The notes under the pieces were generated by a model. That model was not told the DNA's origin. It made no database searches and worked only from the letters and a program-made list of their open reading frames with translations. The translations under genes were made by a program, and so were the position numbers. DNA of 41,393 nucleotides from Promethearchaeota archaeon (GTDB lineage: Archaea; Asgardarchaeota; Lokiarchaeia; Sigyniarchaeales; SOKP01), in the NCBI GenBank assembly GCA_013375475.1, contig JABXKD010000028.1, positions 1 to 41,393 of the forward strand, given 5' to 3'. Position 1 is the stretch's first letter. Each line of letters starts with the position of its first letter. Of this stretch, positions 18,853 to 27,676 are shown in pieces.

Positions 18853-19950
18853 TTGAACGATAATTTTCTTAAAGAAATCAAATCTCAACCTCAAGCCTTA
18901 AGGGATACATTTGATTATATCCTTGGAGAAGGTAAACCTCAATTTTTAAAATTAAGAGATTTTATAAAAAAAGGAGGAATTACTAAACTTGTTTTTACCG
19001 GAATGGGCTCAAGTTTCATCAGTTCATATTTGCCATATTATATATTAAACCAATATGGAATTGCTGTTGAAATGCGAGAAGCTGGAGAATTCCTCTTTAA
19101 CACTTTTCCTACGATAAAAAAAAATTGCTTTAAAGATACTGGGATTATAATTATTTCACAATCAGGGGAATCTGGTGAAATTAGAGAATTGTTAAGGGAT
19201 ATAAATGCAATCCCTATTGAAAACAAACCTTTGACAATTGGAATGACAAATAATGCTGATAGTTATCTAGCATATATGACAGAGTTGCAAATATATATGA
19301 ATTTTGACAAGGAAGTTTCAGTTACTTCAAAAAGCTATGTATGTACCCTGTTATTGCTCTACGTTATGGCAAAGACTATTATTGGCGAATTTTTTACAAG
19401 CGAAGACGAAAATCAAAGAGTAGAAGAATTACTGACTGAAATTGAAAGAATTCTAAAAGATCAAAAGGAGATCAATAAACTATGGAAAGAAATCCTTACA
19501 CCATTTGGAGATAAGATTGATTTTCTCGAAATCCTCTCAAGAGGTTCTTCGTTAACTACAGCACATCAAGGTGCATTAAATTTTAAGGAAATCGTCAAAT
19601 CATACTCAGAAGCAAGTTCTATATCCACTTTTAGACATGGAGGTATAGAATGCTTAAAAGATACAACAAATCTTATTATTCTGTCATCTGATAAAGAAAA
19701 TCTTAATTTAAATGTTCCATTTATAGATAATATAGTAAATAAATGGGCTTTTGGGAAAATGTTGCACATTACGAATCAAGATTTCGACAAAGAAGTAGAA
19801 GAATTACATGACAATCAAAACATAATCACTTACAAGCACAATATAAAAGATCCACACTTAGCTTCGATTATGGAAATCATTATTCTTCAATTACTATTCT
19901 ACAAGATGGCAGAAAAAAAAGGAATTGAACCAGGAGCATTTTTCTATTGA
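18853..19950 (+). CDS. Double-SIS-domain sugar-phosphate isomerase/deaminase (GlmS C-terminal/FrlB/AgaS-like)
   Basis: EIKSQP, TGMGSS, ISQSGES.E, TSKSY, FKE, FRHG. Ends at a TGA that may be premature (see findings). Confidence 0.9.
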   Translation: MNDNFLKEIKSQPQALRDTFDYILGEGKPQFLKLRDFIKKGGITKLVFTGMGSSFISSYLPYYILNQYGIAVEMREAGEFLFNTFPTIKKNCFKDTGIIIISQSGESGEIRELLRDINAIPIENKPLTIGMTNNADSYLAYMTELQIYMNFDKEVSVTSKSYVCTLLLLYVMAKTIIGEFFTSEDENQRVEELLTEIERILKDQKEINKLWKEILTPFGDKIDFLEILSRGSSLTTAHQGALNFKEIVKSYSEASSISTFRHGGIECLKDTTNLIILSSDKENLNLNVPFIDNIVNKWAFGKMLHITNQDFDKEVEELHDNQNIITYKHNIKDPHLASIMEIIILQLLFYKMAEKKGIEPGAFFY

Positions 19951-20039
19951 CAGAAAATAACAAATAACATTTAACACTATCAAGATTTTAACCCGATTCA
20001 TAGGTTATATCATATCAATCTATTTGCTTGTTAAGAATT

Positions 20040-21317
20040 ATGGAATCAACAGCTACGAAACAAACTTTAAGAAGCTATATATTTTTTTGGTCAGGTCAAT
20101 TATTTTCGTTGTTAGGGTCATCTATTGTTCAAATTGTACTAAATTTTTGGCTCTACGAGGAGACAGAAAGCTTGACGGTGGTATCACTAGCTTTTTTTTT
20201 CTCTTTTCTACCACAATTTATTCTTGGACCTTTTGTTGGCGTATTTGCCGATAGATGGAACAGAAAAATTTTAATAGGAATTTCTGATTTTTGTCAAGCA
20301 CTTACCACATTAAGTTTAGTGTTTCTATTTTTCTTTAATATTCGGATGGTATGGCTAGTTATTTGTATTAATAGTCTTAGAGGGGTATTTCAAGCATTTC
20401 ATTGGCCCGTTGTAAATGCAATAATACCATTAATGATACCAAAGAAAAATTTAAGCAGGATGAATGGTATTAACTATTTTTTTACCGGTTTGGTCCAAAC
20501 GATGGGTCCTATTATTGCTGGTATTTTGTTATTACTTTTTCCTATCGAACTAATATTATGGGTTGATATTCTTACTTTTTTGATTGCTATAACTCCTCTA
20601 ATATTAATAAAAATACCTCCTCTGTTGAAGAAAATTCTTCCAAAACATAAAAGTTCATATTTCAGAGAATTTAAATTAGGATTTAAAGCCATAAAAATCG
20701 TCCCGGGACTCCTAACCCTTCTTTTTGTAGCAACCATTTTAAATTTTTTGGGAAATCCATTTAACACATTAATGATACCGTATGTAAGAGGGACTCATTC
20801 TGGGAGTGTGGAAAATCTCGCTATTGTACTTGCATCAATTCAAGCAGGGATGTTTGTTGGAGCAACAATTGTAGTCATTAAAAAGATTTGGAATAAAAAA
20901 CCCATAATCATTTTTACTGGAATATTGATAGGTGAGGCCGGACACTTAATATTAGCTTTAGCGCCTCCATCTAATTTTCTTATGATTAGTATTGGTGGAT
21001 TTCTTTTTGCATTTATCGTTCCTTTTGTCAATACCATGTTCTTAACGATTCTACAAACCGTCATTCCTCCAGATAAACAAGGACGAGTCATGTCTAATGT
21101 GATTACTATAGTCACTCTAGTTTCACCTATAGCGATGTTAATATCAGGGCCCTTAGCAGAGCTGATTAGCATTACGACCCTTTTTATTTTTAGTGCAGGG
21201 TTAAATATTATTTTTGTAATATTTGTTTGGATTTTTACAAATGTTAGAAATAACGATTACGATAAAGTGTATGAATTTGAATTGGATGAAAATATTATTG
21301 ACCAAAACAGTTTTTAA
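20040..21317 (+). CDS. MFS transporter (DHA3/MefA-like)
   Basis: GQLFSLLGSSI, GVFADRWNRK (motif A), about 12 hydrophobic segments, QTVIPPDKQGRV. ATG 20040 is preferred over TTG 20028. Confidence 0.92.
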   Translation: MESTATKQTLRSYIFFWSGQLFSLLGSSIVQIVLNFWLYEETESLTVVSLAFFFSFLPQFILGPFVGVFADRWNRKILIGISDFCQALTTLSLVFLFFFNIRMVWLVICINSLRGVFQAFHWPVVNAIIPLMIPKKNLSRMNGINYFFTGLVQTMGPIIAGILLLLFPIELILWVDILTFLIAITPLILIKIPPLLKKILPKHKSSYFREFKLGFKAIKIVPGLLTLLFVATILNFLGNPFNTLMIPYVRGTHSGSVENLAIVLASIQAGMFVGATIVVIKKIWNKKPIIIFTGILIGEAGHLILALAPPSNFLMISIGGFLFAFIVPFVNTMFLTILQTVIPPDKQGRVMSNVITIVTLVSPIAMLISGPLAELISITTLFIFSAGLNIIFVIFVWIFTNVRNNDYDKVYEFELDENIIDQNSF

Positions 21318-21373
21318 AAAAGAGCTTTTTAATTATTGTATACAACCCATTAAAACATAAAGATAATAGAAAA

Positions 21374-22510
21374 ATGACGAAAGCAATAATACTATCGGGT
21401 GGTTGGGGTACAAGGCTAAGGCCCTTAACGTGTACAATCCCTAAAACTCTAATTCCGATCGTTAATAAACCAGTTATCGAGCGGCAGATGTTACTGTTGA
21501 AATCTGTGGGTGTTAAGGAAATTGTGCTAGCCGTGAGTGTGATGGATGGTGTAATTAAAAGTTATTTCAAAGAAGGTGAGAAATTAGGAATAAAAATTTA
21601 CTACACGATTGAAAAACATCCAAAAGGGACTGCAGGGGCTTTAAAATTAGCAGAATCTTACCTAAAAGACGATAACTTTTTCATGCTAAACGGTGATGTA
21701 GTTCTAAATTATAATATGGGAGAAATGCTTAAATTCCACAGCAAAAACAAAGGGATTGGTACAATTGCGGGTAAAGTTGTAGATGATCCCTCAAGATATG
21801 GTGTTTTAATTGTAAACGATGAAACTCACCAATTATTAGAATTTTTAGAAAAAAACGAATATTCACCTCCAAACGGCAAAGTAGTTCCTATGCCCATAAA
21901 TGCGGGAGTATATATTTTAGAACCCGAAGTATTTTCTTATATTGAGGCAAATAAAAAAGTATCGATTGAAAGAGAAGTGTTTCCTAAAATAGTAAAAGAG
22001 AAAAATCTCTATTATTATCCAATTAGCGGCATATGGAAAGATATTGGCAACCCTTACGATTTATTGCAAGCAAATATTCTTATGATGAATGATTTAATTA
22101 ATAGTTTAGATGGAAACACAAAAAATCTAGTAGATCATTCTGTAAATATCCACCCGAGTTCAGAAATTCATCCACCATGTGTTATTGGTGAAAACGTAGT
22201 AATTCACGGTGATTGTAAAATTGGTCCTAATGTAGTAATTGGAGATAATGTTTTAGTTGAAAATAAGACTAGCATTTCAAATTGTTTAATCTATAATGGA
22301 GTATATATCTCCAATAATGCTAAAATCGAAAAAGCGATTATTGCTGATAATTGCAATATTCGAGAAAATGTGGTAATAGAAGGTAATAACGAAAATTTAG
22401 TAATCCTTGCTTCATATGTAGAGGTTTTAAAAAATCTCAAAATTATCGCCCCCAAAACAATTTCTCTGACTGTTTGCCATCACGAAGTAGTAAAAGAAAG
22501 TATGAAATAA
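21374..22510 (+). CDS. NDP-sugar pyrophosphorylase (mannose-1-phosphate guanylyltransferase-like) with hexapeptide-repeat C-terminus
   Basis: AIILSGGWGTRLRPLT..PK, GTAG, NGD, INAGVY, WKDIG, left-handed beta-helix repeats. Confidence 0.93.
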   Translation: MTKAIILSGGWGTRLRPLTCTIPKTLIPIVNKPVIERQMLLLKSVGVKEIVLAVSVMDGVIKSYFKEGEKLGIKIYYTIEKHPKGTAGALKLAESYLKDDNFFMLNGDVVLNYNMGEMLKFHSKNKGIGTIAGKVVDDPSRYGVLIVNDETHQLLEFLEKNEYSPPNGKVVPMPINAGVYILEPEVFSYIEANKKVSIEREVFPKIVKEKNLYYYPISGIWKDIGNPYDLLQANILMMNDLINSLDGNTKNLVDHSVNIHPSSEIHPPCVIGENVVIHGDCKIGPNVVIGDNVLVENKTSISNCLIYNGVYISNNAKIEKAIIADNCNIRENVVIEGNNENLVILASYVEVLKNLKIIAPKTISLTVCHHEVVKESMK

Positions 22511-22512
22511 AA

Positions 22513-23715
22513 ATGAGTATTCAATATACACCTAAGAAAATATATTCTAAAGTGCTCAACAAGGAAATAGAGAAGAAGGACGCAATAAAATTATTTGAAT
22601 CACTAATTCACAACAGCGATAATGAAGAAATCAGATGTACAGCTTTAGATTATATAGGAAAAATTGCTTTTGATGATAAGAAGACTTTTGATGTAATTGA
22701 ATATTGCTTGATTTCTGATGAATCACCATTTGTTAGATATGAGGCTGCTAAAACTTTAATCCAAGCCTTTCCCAAACGGGAAAATACTCCTTTGATTTGG
22801 GCGATTCAAAATGAGAACTCAGTATATTTCTTTAAAAAATTAATTGACTTATTAGAAACTTATAACACATCTCAATTTAAAAATATTCGTGAAGAAGCTC
22901 TAACGAAAATAGAACATCATTATAATTTAAACTCGAACGATTCGAAGTTTATTCTCGATATCGATTATCTGGATTATATGAAATTTAAAACCGAGTTTTC
23001 TAATTTTTCACGCAAATTTGAATTACTATACGAAGCAAAACATCTATTAATTAAAGAAAATACTGAATTTGGGTATAAAGGGTTAGGTCGAGTTCAAACA
23101 TCAAAAAATGGATACATTTTGAACTTAGCTCTCATTGATCTTGTTGAGATTCCTGATTCTATTTGTAATCTTACAAAGTTAGAATCCTTGGAAATATCTT
23201 ATTGTAACCTAAAGGATATTCCAAATACTTGCCCAAATCTATTATCACTTAAGAATCTAATATTGAGTAACAATCAATTCCACAATTTACCTAGATGGGT
23301 TATAGAGATTGCAAATAAGAATAAATATGTTGATAAGTATGTAAATAGCGGTGTTCTGAAATCAGAAGCTCATACTTTGGGTTTATTAGAGATTGTAACC
23401 GGTCGTGCATGTAAGAAAATGCAACGAGATAAAACTTTTGGTCCTAAAGGAACTGTACGTTATGAAGTAAATAACGACGGTTATATCACCAAAATTCTCT
23501 ATATATCAACAGAGTCTCGAATTGGCGTATTTCCAGAAGTACTTTGTAGTTTAGAATTTCTTGAAGAATTAACTCTGATCGATCAAAACATTCAATTTAT
23601 TCCGGAAACTATTGAAAGGCTAAAAAGGTTAAAATTGCTCGACCTTAGGCATAACAAAATAGAAATTTTGCCTGAGTCGATGAAAGAATTAATAAATCTT
23701 GAATTTCTTTATTAA
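22513..23715 (+). CDS. HEAT-repeat plus leucine-rich-repeat protein
   Basis: N-terminal SDNEEIRCTALDYIG...SDESPFVRYEAAKTL (HEAT). LRRs: IPDSICNLTKLESLEISYCNL, LKNLILSNNQFHNLP, LKLLDLRHNKIEILP. ATG is 2 nt after the upstream stop. Confidence 0.88.
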   Translation: MSIQYTPKKIYSKVLNKEIEKKDAIKLFESLIHNSDNEEIRCTALDYIGKIAFDDKKTFDVIEYCLISDESPFVRYEAAKTLIQAFPKRENTPLIWAIQNENSVYFFKKLIDLLETYNTSQFKNIREEALTKIEHHYNLNSNDSKFILDIDYLDYMKFKTEFSNFSRKFELLYEAKHLLIKENTEFGYKGLGRVQTSKNGYILNLALIDLVEIPDSICNLTKLESLEISYCNLKDIPNTCPNLLSLKNLILSNNQFHNLPRWVIEIANKNKYVDKYVNSGVLKSEAHTLGLLEIVTGRACKKMQRDKTFGPKGTVRYEVNNDGYITKILYISTESRIGVFPEVLCSLEFLEELTLIDQNIQFIPETIERLKRLKLLDLRHNKIEILPESMKELINLEFLY

Positions 23716-23762
23716 AAAGTAATATGGAAGAAAATAGATAGAATTATATTTGGAGTATAAAC

Positions 23763-24041
23763 ATGGAAAATTTAGAAGAAAAAGGCTTGATAATTTATAA
23801 CGCCATATTTCAGGGAGAAAAAAATGTTGAAATTGATGAGATCGAATATCCCATTAAAAAATTTTCAAGTGGAATTAAGTATGTAGATTTTTTTGGATAT
23901 CGCTTTATAGAACAGAATAGAAACAAAAAATCAGAATGGGGTAAGAAAGCTCGAGAGGGTCATAAAATTATGTGGATAATAAAAGAAAGGAGATACATTT
24001 CCCAAATATTAGATGGGAACTATAATGAATTAAAAAAATAA
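23763..24041 (+). CDS. Hypothetical protein (92 aa)
   Basis: GGAG SD upstream. Contains the protein-like motif FIEQNRNKKSEWGKKAREGHKIMW. Confidence 0.7.
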   Translation: MENLEEKGLIIYNAIFQGEKNVEIDEIEYPIKKFSSGIKYVDFFGYRFIEQNRNKKSEWGKKAREGHKIMWIIKERRYISQILDGNYNELKK

Positions 24042-24367
24042 TCTGTATAAAACTATTTATAATCGAAAAAGCACTCCAGTTAATTGTTTTTAAGATTATA
24101 TTCTCTTTATATATTTATTCATTTGGTTACTTTCATCCTTAACTTAGGAAAAAGTTAAGAAAAAATGAAAATCTGAGGATATAGAGCTCTTGAAAAGTGG
24201 GATTGTCTGCCCATTAATCCATCTAAAGTTCTACAGAATCACATTGTTTATAATCCCTTGGAATATTGAACTCCTAAACACTGGACTCCCGATTATTTTT
24301 AATTATAGATTCCTATATTGTAATTATAAGAAAATGAAAATAAATTAAAATGAAGAATTGAAAGATT

Positions 24368-24556
24368 ATGAATGAATTAGCTGAGATTAACTTTGGATAT
24401 TATGAGTTTTTGACAATCATTCACGAAATATCGAAAAAATCGCAATCCATACAGAAAGAATCAATAAGAAAAGTGTATGAGAACTATGACTTGAAGTTAT
24501 ATCGAAGGAAATTAGAAAATGAAATTGCAAAACTCGATAAACTATTAATTAAGTAG
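24368..24556 (+). CDS. Short hypothetical ORF, possibly a gene fragment
   Basis: 62-aa helical, charged ORF in an otherwise stop-rich region. Confidence 0.35.
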   Translation: MNELAEINFGYYEFLTIIHEISKKSQSIQKESIRKVYENYDLKLYRRKLENEIAKLDKLLIK

Positions 24557-24596
24557 ATTATCTACTTATCATTAAAATTCTTTATTTTTTTATAGA

Positions 24597-25196
24597 TTAT
24601 AAGCCTTTTAATTTATCAGAAATCAACTCTAAATAAGACTTTTTAATTGATTCTTCTTTTTTAATCCCAAATTTAGCTAAAAATTGGAATAATATCTTTT
24701 TACTCTTCTCCACATCATCTACTGATTCTGTCATTAATTCTACTTCAATAAAATGCTGTTCTAAAATAGGAATGTAATCGATTAACGCTTCTATTCTCGC
24801 CCCATCAAACATAAAATCATATAACTCTCTTTTTTTAACAACTGTGAAAATGTCTCGAAACCCTAAGAATTTAAGAAGGTTTTTCATATCTTCAATTTCA
24901 CTTATTTTTATTTCGATTTCTTCTCTTGTTTTTGTTGTTTTATCAATTTTTTTACCTTTATATGTTATATAATAGTTAGTTTTATGAGGTTTTGATGTAT
25001 TGTCTTTTAAAAATCCAACAGATTTTCTTAATCTTAATGCTTCGTCCGTTTGTTTAAAATCTCTTAATCCTTCAGGCATATTAAAATAAGTATCCTCGTG
25101 ATCCAGCGAAAGTTTATAAATCCCATTGTTTTCTTTAAACTTTTTCCTCATAAGATTCGGATCGGAGATTTTAACTTTAATCTCAACTTCAATCAT
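24597..25196 (-). CDS. cyaB: CYTH-domain protein (class IV adenylate cyclase-like / triphosphate tunnel metalloenzyme)
   Basis: EVEIK (ExExK), DTYF, DEALRLR, TYKG, TREEIE, VKKR, FIEVE, SYLEL. Confidence 0.9.
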   Translation of the reverse strand: MIEVEIKVKISDPNLMRKKFKENNGIYKLSLDHEDTYFNMPEGLRDFKQTDEALRLRKSVGFLKDNTSKPHKTNYYITYKGKKIDKTTKTREEIEIKISEIEDMKNLLKFLGFRDIFTVVKKRELYDFMFDGARIEALIDYIPILEQHFIEVELMTESVDDVEKSKKILFQFLAKFGIKKEESIKKSYLELISDKLKGL

Positions 25197-25281
25197 GATG
25201 CTGCTCTTTTTTCTATTGATAAGAAATATATTAAATTAATAGTTATTATGTAATAATAGTTTCACTTAGAGTTGATTTTTT

Positions 25282-26247
25282 ATATCTCAGAATTCTAAAT
25301 CTATCCAAAAACTCGCAGAACAATTCGGATATCTCCCTTATATGATAGAAAGGTATTTTCAATTCTTAGGGGAAAACCAAACCAAACAATTACTAGATGC
25401 AAACGAAAAATCATTAACACCTTCTATTAGAGTCAATACGATTAAAATAGAAAAAGAAATTTTAAAAGATAGACTAGAAAGCAAAGGATTTAAATTAGAA
25501 CCAATTGATTGGATACCTTACGGATTTAAAATTAGGAACCCTCCTTTCAATTTGGGATCAACTCACGAATATCTCCAAGGATATTATTATTTACAGAGTA
25601 TTGCTCCAATGTTACCTGCTTTAATCCTCAACCCAATCCCAGGTGATATTGTGATTGACATGTGTGCAGCTCCGGGTGGAAAGGCAACACACTTAGCTCA
25701 GATATTGAATAATGAAGGGAATTTAATCTTAATTGAAAGAAATCAAAAAAGAATAGCCGCATTAGAAACTAATCTCTTAAGAATGGGGATTATTAATTCA
25801 ATTATTATAAACGATGACGCTGTAAATTTACCAAAAATTAAAATCAAAGCAGATAAAATATTATTAGACGCACCTTGTACTGGCGAAGGACTAATCAGAC
25901 AAGATCCTTCTAGAAAAAAGAGTAAGCAAATGAAAGATATTAATAAAATGAGTATTATTCAAAAAAATTTGCTTGAATCTGGTTTGAATTCTTTAAAACC
26001 TGGTGGAAACTTATTATATAGCACTTGTTCGATCGCTCCTGAAGAGAACGAAATTGTAATAAATGAAGTTCTTAACTCATTATCCGGCTATGAAATTGGT
26101 CAGCTTCAACACACTTACGGTGAAAATGGGCTTACGGAAGTATACGGCAAATCGCTTAGGGAAGATTTAAAATATTCTCAGAGACTCTATCCTCATCTTC
26201 ACGATACGATTGGTTTTTATATCTGTATGATTAAGAAGCTTCAATAG
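25282..26247 (+). CDS. nop2: Nop2/NOL1/RsmB-family RNA m5C methyltransferase
   Basis: GYYYLQ, DMCAAPGGKATH, LLDAPCTGEG, YSTCSIAPEENE, PHLHDTIGFY. The frame stays open upstream of ATG 25342 (..LAEQFGYLPYMIERY), suggesting a start at ATA 25282. The product call is confident; the start is not. Confidence 0.9.
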   Translation: MSQNSKSIQKLAEQFGYLPYMIERYFQFLGENQTKQLLDANEKSLTPSIRVNTIKIEKEILKDRLESKGFKLEPIDWIPYGFKIRNPPFNLGSTHEYLQGYYYLQSIAPMLPALILNPIPGDIVIDMCAAPGGKATHLAQILNNEGNLILIERNQKRIAALETNLLRMGIINSIIINDDAVNLPKIKIKADKILLDAPCTGEGLIRQDPSRKKSKQMKDINKMSIIQKNLLESGLNSLKPGGNLLYSTCSIAPEENEIVINEVLNSLSGYEIGQLQHTYGENGLTEVYGKSLREDLKYSQRLYPHLHDTIGFYICMIKKLQ

Positions 26248-26293
26248 TATAAACTTTAATGTGTAGCGTACCAAAGCTAGATTAAGTTTTACT

Positions 26294-26875
26294 TCATTGT
26301 TTCTTTCTTAAATATTGCCCTTTATCGCTAATATTTATAGCAAATACATCGTTAGGCTTAATATTTAAAATTGTTTCATTATTGACTTGTGAAATACCTA
26401 ATCCAACGATCTCATCAATTCTATTCAAGATCAATAAGAAATCTTTTTCTTTTAGATTATTTGGGCTTTTTCTGACCATCTTCTTTAGGACATTATTTCC
26501 ATAAAGAAATGCTTTCTCTCCACCTTTAGTAAGATGAAGCTGTTTAAAATCGGTAAAGATGCCATTTTTACATAAATACTCCACGCCCTCTATGCTAAAA
26601 TAAAAGATTCCCTTTTTCAGGAAACCAAAATATAAACCCGCAGAGTAAATTAGATTTATAATAATAGTCTCATTAAGTAATTTCTGTTGTTGATCTGTAA
26701 TTAAGTAAATGGAAGGATAGTCTTTTTGGGTAGTTGAATTATTGATTAAGATATAGAGCAAATTCTTCATGTTCTCTAAAGTATGTGATAATTCAGGAGA
26801 TATATTATTAAAAGTAGTGGCAATTATTGATGTTTCAATAGAATTAATCTGTCTAAAAATTCGTGTATTTGTCAT
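26294..26875 (-). CDS. nip7: Nip7-like ribosome biogenesis protein (PUA domain)
   Basis: YSAGLYFG, GEKAFLYGNNVLK, LGLG-type segment, and NISDKGQYLR matching the Nip7 C-terminal D.G.YLR. Confidence 0.8.
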   Translation of the reverse strand: MTNTRIFRQINSIETSIIATTFNNISPELSHTLENMKNLLYILINNSTTQKDYPSIYLITDQQQKLLNETIIINLIYSAGLYFGFLKKGIFYFSIEGVEYLCKNGIFTDFKQLHLTKGGEKAFLYGNNVLKKMVRKSPNNLKEKDFLLILNRIDEIVGLGISQVNNETILNIKPNDVFAINISDKGQYLRKKQ

Positions 26876-26954
26876 TATTCGTTAAAATAAAAAGAGTTAA
26901 GAAGATTTATTATTATTAATCAATAAAGTTATTAAAAAATAGTGTTATCGAAAA

Positions 26955-27671
26955 ATGGGTATTCGGAAAATTGAAGATGAAATTGATCTAAGAGAAGCCA
27001 TGAAGAAGAAGGCAGCGGAGCTAAAAATTAAAGATATAGAAGCAAAAGCATCAACAGAAAACTTCACAAAAGAAAGGCTTACAGATTTAGCAAAGAACCA
27101 CGGAGTTATTTTAGCTTTAACTCCAGAATTGAAGGAAGAAGTTAAAGCTTTACAGAAGAAGTTTAATATTCCCTCATCCAAAATAATTACAGAGCAAATC
27201 ACAGAAAACGATGTCTTAAAGAAATTTTCAAAAATTGACATTGAAAGTTTAGGTATGCTAGCTTACCAGAGAATCTTGTTGCAAAAAGAAGAAATTGGAG
27301 TTGGACTATTACCTATTTCTAAAGTTTATGATCTCGTTAACACAGGTATTTTAAAAGGAATATTAGAGTTAAAAGATCTACACAAGGCTTTGAAGATGCT
27401 TAATAAAAATCATGTGATAGACGATTTACAGGAATTAGACTCTGGCATCGTTATGGTTAGATTCTTTCCAGTTCAATACACAGGCGATCAAGTAAAGGTT
27501 GTCGGAGTTGCCAGAGAAAAAGGCTTTATTTCTGTTGAAGATGTATGCATCGCGTTAAACTGGTCTCAAGATCGCGCATTAGAGACTTTAAAATCACTAG
27601 AAAAAACTGGAGTAGCAAAGTTAAGAGAATCTCTCTTAAAGGGGAAGCAATGGTATTTCCCTTCTTTATAA
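26955..27671 (+). CDS. ESCRT-II Vps22/Vps36-like (EAP30 domain) protein
   Basis: Basic helical N-terminus, then tandem winged-helix pattern (GLLPISKVY...DLHKALKML; GFISVEDVCIALNWSQDRALETLKSLEKTG) and C-terminal WYFPSL. Sits in the Vps4/ESCRT-III cluster. Confidence 0.85.
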   Translation: MGIRKIEDEIDLREAMKKKAAELKIKDIEAKASTENFTKERLTDLAKNHGVILALTPELKEEVKALQKKFNIPSSKIITEQITENDVLKKFSKIDIESLGMLAYQRILLQKEEIGVGLLPISKVYDLVNTGILKGILELKDLHKALKMLNKNHVIDDLQELDSGIVMVRFFPVQYTGDQVKVVGVAREKGFISVEDVCIALNWSQDRALETLKSLEKTGVAKLRESLLKGKQWYFPSL

Positions 27672-27676
27672 TTGAA

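Noticed and set aside
19975-20039. SECIS element downstream of the TGA-interrupted SIS gene
   Set aside because: Only a short imperfect hairpin is present; no recognisable archaeal or eukaryote-like SECIS core.
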